Positions 58,083 through 64,000 of a DNA stretch of 64,000 nucleotides are shown piece after piece. The DNA is from Candidatus Omnitrophota bacterium (lineage in GTDB: Bacteria; Omnitrophota; Gorgyraeia; 2-02-FULL-51-18; JAGOUK01). The notes under the pieces are model-generated. The model searched no databases. It saw nothing but the letters and a program-made list of their open reading frames with translations, and was not told the DNA's origin. The position numbers and the translations under genes are program-made. Position 1 is the stretch's first letter. Each line of letters begins with the position of its first letter. The DNA lies in contig JBLINS010000002.1 in the NCBI GenBank assembly GCA_047639455.1, positions 226 through 64,225 on the forward strand, in the 5' to 3' direction.

Positions 58083-59471
58083 ATGGGTAAGAAAATAATA
58101 AAAGCAACGAATAAAAAAAGTAATCTCAAACTTAAAGAAGATGCTATTAGATTTTTGGTTAACAAAGCACGTCAAGGTGATGTCAAATTCATACGCATTT
58201 GGTTCACTGACATACTTGGGGCGTTAAAGAGTTTTGCGATCACAATAGACGTATTAGAAAATTCTTTAATGGATGGTATTGGCATTGATGGATCAGCCAT
58301 AGAGAGTTTTGCAAGATCTGAAGAACACGATATGGTTGCGATTCCGGATATAAGTACCTTTGAAATTCTGCCGTGGAGACCTAGTGAAAACGCGGTTGCG
58401 CGTATGTTTGCTGATATTCATTATGTGAACAAAAAACCTTTTGAGGGTGACCCGCGTCATTGCCTAAAAAATCAATTGAAGTTGGCTAAGAGTCTAGGTT
58501 ATACATTTTATGTTGCTCCAGAGATTGAGTATTTTTATTTCAAATCTTCAACTAACCCTGAGCCTGTTGATAATGGAGGTTATTTTGATTTAACACCGCT
58601 CGATACGGGCAGTGATTTGAGGCGGCAGACGGTTTTGATGCTCGAAGCTATGGGTATAAGCGTGCACTCTAGTCATCATGAAGTTGCTCCTAGCCAACAC
58701 GAAATTGGCTTAAGACATATGGATGCCATGACTATGGCGGATAATGTCATGACCTATCGACTCGTAGTGAAAGAAATTGCTTTAAAACACGGTTTGCATG
58801 CCACATTTATGCCTAAACCTATTGAAAAGCAAAATGGTAATGGCATGCATATTCACCAGTCGCTATTTGGTGTTTCGAGTAAGGGTGAACACAATGCTTT
58901 CTATGACGCTAAAGATAAATACAGCTTATCAAAAGTCGGACGCAGTTACGTAGCCGGCCTTCTCAAGCATGCCCGCGAAATGGCAATAGTCACAAATCAA
59001 TGGGCTAATTCATACAAACGTCTTGTGAGTGGATATGAGGCTCCAACTAATATACTTTGGGGCCAAAGAAACCGCTCGGCATTAGTTCGCATTCCTATGT
59101 ACCAAAAGGGCAAAGAAAATTCCATGCGCGCAGAGTTTCGTTCCCCTGACCCAGCCTGTAACCCATACCTCGTTTTTAGCGTTATGTTAGCAGCGGGTCT
59201 AAGAGGTATCCAAAAGTCCTATAAATTGGAAGATGCCTTAGAAGAAGACGTAACTCAATGGTCAGCGGATAAGAAGAAACGAACAGGAGTGACGGAGTTG
59301 CCAACTAATTTGGGCGAAGCAATTCGCGTGGCTGAAGATTCTGCTTTTTTACGTGAGGCTTTGGGCGAACACATCACAACCAGCTTAATTGCCAATAAAA
59401 AAATTGAGTGGGACCAATACTGCCGCCATATCTCCCAATACGAAATTCAAAAAGACTTACCTAACCTATAA
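58083..59471 (+). CDS. glnA: Glutamine synthetase type I family
   Basis: FTDILG.LK, IDGSAI, E.EYF, HHEVAPSQHEI, TFMPKP, NGNGMH.H, NSYKRL..GYEAP, NRSALVRIP, EFRSPD. Confidence 0.93.
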   Translation: MGKKIIKATNKKSNLKLKEDAIRFLVNKARQGDVKFIRIWFTDILGALKSFAITIDVLENSLMDGIGIDGSAIESFARSEEHDMVAIPDISTFEILPWRPSENAVARMFADIHYVNKKPFEGDPRHCLKNQLKLAKSLGYTFYVAPEIEYFYFKSSTNPEPVDNGGYFDLTPLDTGSDLRRQTVLMLEAMGISVHSSHHEVAPSQHEIGLRHMDAMTMADNVMTYRLVVKEIALKHGLHATFMPKPIEKQNGNGMHIHQSLFGVSSKGEHNAFYDAKDKYSLSKVGRSYVAGLLKHAREMAIVTNQWANSYKRLVSGYEAPTNILWGQRNRSALVRIPMYQKGKENSMRAEFRSPDPACNPYLVFSVMLAAGLRGIQKSYKLEDALEEDVTQWSADKKKRTGVTELPTNLGEAIRVAEDSAFLREALGEHITTSLIANKKIEWDQYCRHISQYEIQKDLPNL

Positions 59472-59617
59472 CGCGATTCAAAAGACATTTAGACTACGTC
59501 ACAACAATTCGTCACCGCCTGCCGGCAGGCGAGGCGCGCGTAGGCCGGTTACACTCTAGTTCCACCGGCATTAGGTGTCTCGCTGTGAGGCTCGCACCGT
59601 CACAGCAACGCGGCAAT

Positions 59618-60727
59618 CTAAGCTAAATATGTAAGTATTTCGTCCGCCGCACGATCACAAGCGCCAACTTCCCCTAGCAACAACACGGAGGCTTTTAAAT
59701 CAGATTTAACAGCCTCATACTTAGTGCCATCCTCAAGCCAATCATTAACGATGGAAGTTATATTGGGTGTAGTGAAGTTTTCTTGAACTAATTCAGGTAC
59801 GATTTCTTTATTAGCTAATATGTTAGGAAGGCCGATGTATTTAGTTTTGATGAGCGGACGCATGATTAAGGAATCAAAAGAGCGCATTTTGTAAACTATA
59901 ACAATAGGTAAGTGATGTACGGCGCATTCTAATGTGACCGTTCCGGAGCTAGCAATACCTATATGTGACTGTTGAATATGATCTGCAGCCCGACCTTCGA
60001 CTAATTCTATGCCATTGGAGACAAAATCCTTATATAGAGCTGCTTTGAGGGCCGGCGCTTTGAGGACTTTGAATATAAGCTCAGGGTGTTTATTTCTAAG
60101 TGCATTAACTGTTTCAATTAAAGTTGCTTGATGGATATGTAATTCATTAGTTCGAGATCCGGGTAGGATTAAGATTTGTTTTACATTAGTGATTGGCTTA
60201 GTATCAGGTATAGCCACTTGATGTTCGGGCATGTCCTTAATCGGATGACCTACAAAGGTGGCGGGGCAATTATGTTTTTTATAAAACTCTTCTTCAAATT
60301 TGAATATAACTAAACATTTTTTAAAAAGTCGACGCATTAAATGAATACGTTTTTGCTTCCAAGCCCAAACTTGGGGACAAATATAATAAATCATGGGAAT
60401 ATTTAATTTGCTAAATTTTTTTGCTAAGCGTAGGTTGAATCCGGGATTATCAATAAAAATAATTAAATCAGGCTTCACTTCCGCCACCTGTCGTTCCACG
60501 TCTTTAAACAATTTAAGGAATTGCGGCAATAGTTTAAGCACAGGCACTATTCCAGTGGCATGCACATGACCTACATCGATAAAAGTTTTGGGGTGGCATG
60601 CTTTGAGGTTGTCACTACCCATGGCATGAATTTCTAATTCGGGCTGCACTTTTTGTAACGCTAAAAATAAATTAGCACCATGGATATCGCCTGAAGATTC
60701 CCCAGTGATGATGAATATTTTTTTCAT
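59618..60727 (-). CDS. lpxB: Lipid-A-disaccharide synthase
   Basis: GESSGD.HG, ID.PGFNL, PQVWAW, FVGHP, LPGSR..E, SGTVTLE, GLPNI. Confidence 0.96.
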   Translation of the reverse strand: MKKIFIITGESSGDIHGANLFLALQKVQPELEIHAMGSDNLKACHPKTFIDVGHVHATGIVPVLKLLPQFLKLFKDVERQVAEVKPDLIIFIDNPGFNLRLAKKFSKLNIPMIYYICPQVWAWKQKRIHLMRRLFKKCLVIFKFEEEFYKKHNCPATFVGHPIKDMPEHQVAIPDTKPITNVKQILILPGSRTNELHIHQATLIETVNALRNKHPELIFKVLKAPALKAALYKDFVSNGIELVEGRAADHIQQSHIGIASSGTVTLECAVHHLPIVIVYKMRSFDSLIMRPLIKTKYIGLPNILANKEIVPELVQENFTTPNITSIVNDWLEDGTKYEAVKSDLKASVLLLGEVGACDRAADEILTYLA

Positions 60728-60768
60728 AAGTAATTATAAACTATTAGAACCTCAAGCTGTATATAGCT

Positions 60769-61710
60769 TTATACGAGCGATCCAGTTTTGGACTGAATTT
60801 GATCAAGAATTTGTAGGGCTACGGCTAATGCGGCACGGCCATCACGGCCATCAACTTGTGGTTTGATATTATTGTGAATTGCATGCGTGAATGCTTTGAT
60901 TTCCTCTTCAAGAGGGTTGGTTTTGCGAATATCAACAGGCATATACACAGACTCACTAATTTGTGCGCTTTCTTTGGTAAAAGTTTGCGCTTCTTGCCGG
61001 TAGTAATCGAGTGAAATATAACGCCGCTCTTCAAATATCCTTATTTTCCTAAGCCTTTTTTGAGCCATGCGACTAGCCGTCAAATTTCCTACAGCGCCAC
61101 TCTCGAATAATATTCTCGCATTGGCAAAGTCTTCGCTATCAGAAATAACAGTCATACCCATGGCATGTATTTCTTTAACAGGTGAGTCGGCAAAGTAGAG
61201 CAAGATATCGATATCATGAATCATCAAATCTAATATGACGCCGACATCGCTAATACGGGGGTCGTAAAAACCAATGCGATCACACTCAATATAAATAGGT
61301 TTTTTGACTATTTTTTTGACAGCACTTATTGCGCCATTAAATCGCTCTATATGACCTGTTTGTAAGACTAAGTTCTGTTTTTGAGCAATGTCGATTAAAT
61401 CATCCGCATCTTCAAGTTTGGCGGTTATGGGCTTTTCGATTAATAAGTGGATACCAGCTTCTAATAGGGGCACAGCTACTTTGTGGTGATGAATTGCGGG
61501 TGTGCACACACTTGCGGCATCAACCGCTTTTTTCATGGCTTCTGGGGTTTCAAAAGCTATAACACCTAGGTTATCAGCTAGCTGCTTAGCCTTGTCTGGC
61601 TGAGTATCATAAACTCCCACAAGATTGACATCCGGAATTCGATTATAGATTTCAGCATGACGAGTGCCTAAGACACCACAGCCAATAACGCCTACATTGA
61701 AATTTTTCAT
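60769..61710 (-). CDS. Gfo/Idh/MocA oxidoreductase, likely UDP-GlcNAc 3-dehydrogenase (GnnA-like)
   Basis: GVIGCG.LG..HA, IEKPI, GHIERFN, DLMIHDIDI, TASR; adjacent to lpxB. Confidence 0.85.
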   Translation of the reverse strand: MKNFNVGVIGCGVLGTRHAEIYNRIPDVNLVGVYDTQPDKAKQLADNLGVIAFETPEAMKKAVDAASVCTPAIHHHKVAVPLLEAGIHLLIEKPITAKLEDADDLIDIAQKQNLVLQTGHIERFNGAISAVKKIVKKPIYIECDRIGFYDPRISDVGVILDLMIHDIDILLYFADSPVKEIHAMGMTVISDSEDFANARILFESGAVGNLTASRMAQKRLRKIRIFEERRYISLDYYRQEAQTFTKESAQISESVYMPVDIRKTNPLEEEIKAFTHAIHNNIKPQVDGRDGRAALAVALQILDQIQSKTGSLV

Positions 61711-61788
61711 GGGCGAATTATAACATATAGATCTCTCAAGTACGAGAGCAGGCTATTACTGTGGGACCCGCATGCTATAATATCGGAC

Positions 61789-63609
61789 ATGAAAAACTAC
61801 TTAAGACTTATTAGCTTTGTGAGACCGCATATCAAGATATTGGGCTTAGCTGCTGTATGTATGTTCACGACCACTTTATTCAAGAATTCACCGATAGCCT
61901 TAATCATACCTGTATTTGATCGCATATTTGCCAATAAGCCCATTATTGTCCCTGATCGTCAAAGGTTGCCCCAATTTCTATTAGATGTGATTGACCGTCT
62001 GAATGCTATGGACCCACTAACTTTACTGGGGGCTATTGTGGTGATTTCTGTTGTCATGACTACGGTGTTTGCCATATCACGTTATTTGCAAACTATTTTA
62101 ATGAATGAGGTGGGCCATAGAGTCACTCGTGACATACGTTTACAGCTTTATGCCAAAATGATTCACTTGCCTTTGAGATTCTTCGGCAAACAAAGGGCGG
62201 GGGATTTGGTTTCGCGGATCACTTATGACACGGGTGTGGTGCGAGATGCAATTGCCGAAGGTCTATTGGACGTGATTTTGCAACCCATGGAATTGATTGC
62301 CAATATTGTTATGCTCTTAAGTATACGCTGGGCATTTGGCATACCTTGGTCTTTGGTTTTGATCATAACCGTTGTTTTGCCTTTGGTGGCATATCCTATA
62401 ATTCGGATTGGCAAAGCCCTAAAAAAAATTAGTACCACAGCCCAGAAATCCATGGCCGACATCAACTCGTCTTTATTCGAATCCGTTAGCGGAGTGAGGG
62501 TGGTTAAGGCTTTTGGGATGGAAAGCTATGAAGAAAAACGATTTGCAAAATCGAACCACCATTATTACGCGAGCATGATGAAATTAATTAAACGCAATCA
62601 ATTGATTCAACCTTTGACAGATATAGTGAACGTGATTTGTGGGGCCACGATATTGTGGTTGGGCGGTCGGCTGGTTTTGTCTTCGCAAATGTCGCCGGGT
62701 GCGTTCTTTGCTTTTTCAGCCGCTTTATTTTCTATTTTTCGCCCATTCAAGCGTTTGAGCCGACTCTACGGGATAAATCAAATGGCGCTGGCTGCAGGTG
62801 AGCGCGTATTTGCGATTATGGATGAGCATAATGAGATTCAAGAAATAGAAAAGCCTATTTACTTGCCTGGCATTAAAAAATCTATTCAATATTCTAATGT
62901 AGATTTTGAATATGAAAAGGACCAACCCATACTCAAGAAAATTAACTTTGAATTAAAAGCTGGTCAAATATTGGCCGTTGTAGGATCCAGCGGATCTGGC
63001 AAATCTACGCTATTGAATCTATTACCTCGATTTTATGACCCCATATCTGGAGAAGTGCGCATAGATGGCGTGGCAGTCAATCAAGTCGCCAAACAAAGCT
63101 TGATGAACTTGATTGGTATTGTGACACAAGAAACAATTCTTTTTAATGACACTGTTGCCGCAAATATCGCTTACGGTCAAAGTCATATAGATCAGGCCAA
63201 AATAGAAGAAGCTGCGCGCATAGCTAATGCTAGCGATTTCATTCAAGCTCTCCCCAATGGATATCAAACACGCGTGGGCGATCGAGGCTTTAAGTTATCT
63301 GGAGGCGAAAAACAAAGGATAGCTATAGCGCGTGCCATTTTAAAAAACCCACCCATACTTATGCTAGATGAAGCCACAAGCTCTTTAGATGCAGAGAGTG
63401 AGCAATTGGTCCAAAAGGCCATTCATGAGCTCATGCAAGGTCGTACGGTCTTGGTTATAGCACATCGCTTATCTACTATTAAAGATGCGGATAGAATTCT
63501 TGTTCTAAAAGACGGGTGCATAGTCCAAGAAGGTCAGCATGATGAATTATTGAGTGAAGCGGGCGACTATAAAAAACTTTATGACTTGCAATTCGCTTCG
63601 ACTCAATAG
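61789..63609 (+). CDS. msbA: Lipid A export ABC transporter
   Basis: TM domain plus GSSGSGKST, LSGGEKQR, LDEATS; in the lipid A cluster. Confidence 0.85.
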   Translation: MKNYLRLISFVRPHIKILGLAAVCMFTTTLFKNSPIALIIPVFDRIFANKPIIVPDRQRLPQFLLDVIDRLNAMDPLTLLGAIVVISVVMTTVFAISRYLQTILMNEVGHRVTRDIRLQLYAKMIHLPLRFFGKQRAGDLVSRITYDTGVVRDAIAEGLLDVILQPMELIANIVMLLSIRWAFGIPWSLVLIITVVLPLVAYPIIRIGKALKKISTTAQKSMADINSSLFESVSGVRVVKAFGMESYEEKRFAKSNHHYYASMMKLIKRNQLIQPLTDIVNVICGATILWLGGRLVLSSQMSPGAFFAFSAALFSIFRPFKRLSRLYGINQMALAAGERVFAIMDEHNEIQEIEKPIYLPGIKKSIQYSNVDFEYEKDQPILKKINFELKAGQILAVVGSSGSGKSTLLNLLPRFYDPISGEVRIDGVAVNQVAKQSLMNLIGIVTQETILFNDTVAANIAYGQSHIDQAKIEEAARIANASDFIQALPNGYQTRVGDRGFKLSGGEKQRIAIARAILKNPPILMLDEATSSLDAESEQLVQKAIHELMQGRTVLVIAHRLSTIKDADRILVLKDGCIVQEGQHDELLSEAGDYKKLYDLQFASTQ

Positions 63610-63772
63610 TTGAGTTTATGTGCATTTATATTTAGCTAGCAATAGTTAACAATAACTATCAAAAAAAACATAAGCAACCGAATCAATACCTCAATTTTTT
63701 TTAAACACTTAATATTGAAAAGTTGTTCAATTGAGGTGATTCAAATAGCCATTTTAACTTGTAAATAAGGAC

Positions 63773-63801
63773 TTGCCCTAAGCTAACCAACCCAGTATAA
63801 T
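63773..63801 (+). promoter_or_regulatory. Putative sigma70 promoter of rpsB
   Basis: TTGCCC-N17-TATAAT, about 150 nt upstream of rpsB. Confidence 0.55.
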
Positions 63802-63949
63802 ACGGCAACTTAGAGCCTACCCCTATAATTATAGATGCTACTCATACGGCCTAAGAATCTATTGGTTTAAACCGATAAAATGTCTTTGTTAATATTCAAT
63901 CAATTTTTTGTGCATTGAGGCTTAAGCCTTGCATGATAAGGAGGAAACT

Positions 63950-64000
63950 TTGTCTCAAGAACTAGCAGATCAATTATTAGAAGCTGGCGTTCATTTTGGA
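63950..64000 (+). CDS. rpsB: 30S ribosomal protein S2, N-terminus (3'-truncated)
   Basis: TAAGGAGG RBS, TTG start, MSQELADQLLEAGVHFG. Confidence 0.92.
   Translation, partial: MSQELADQLLEAGVHFG

Noticed and set aside
43438-63609. Many short antisense or alternate-frame ORFs in the track (also throughout 3-42 kb)
   Set aside because: They lie within well-supported genes and show no motifs; shadow ORFs.

Overview
AT-rich bacterial chromosomal segment from a diderm with lipid A. The giant-protein family and gene content suggest PVC superphylum, most likely Omnitrophota (inference, not verified). The right third (43.4-64 kb) is core genome: glmU-prs-rplY-pth-rpsF-ssb-rpsR-rplI-dnaB, bamA-skp-lpxD-lpxC-fabZ-lpxA-lpxI, a GlnR-like regulator with glnA, lpxB/gnnA-like, msbA and the start of rpsB. 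The left two thirds are accessory. The main signal is a pair of paralogous giant proteins (>2564 aa, 5'-truncated, at 3-7697; ~2440 aa at 33759-41081). They share an N-terminal domain with TIKI/TraB/EreA-like catalytic motifs (DAH, EG, RD, GGYH). This is followed by unrelated cargo domains (kinase-like, HATPase, Nudix/IDI, SAM methyltransferase, P-loop kinase) separated by a recurring x-R-[M/L]-[A/S/T] peptide, and both end in a ~360-380 aa terminal domain. Junctions coincide with abrupt C/A-rich to G/T-rich composition switches. I propose a modular, possibly self-processing effector polyprotein system. Also present: a local CRP/FNR regulon (hemerythrins, globin, split ferritin-like pair, two identical CRP boxes at class II spacing), several palindromic repeat/MITE families, and a perfect 31-bp inverted repeat translated into two adjacent genes. 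No CRISPR array, rRNA, tRNA, integrase or transposase was recognised. All product calls come from motif recognition by eye; no searches were run.
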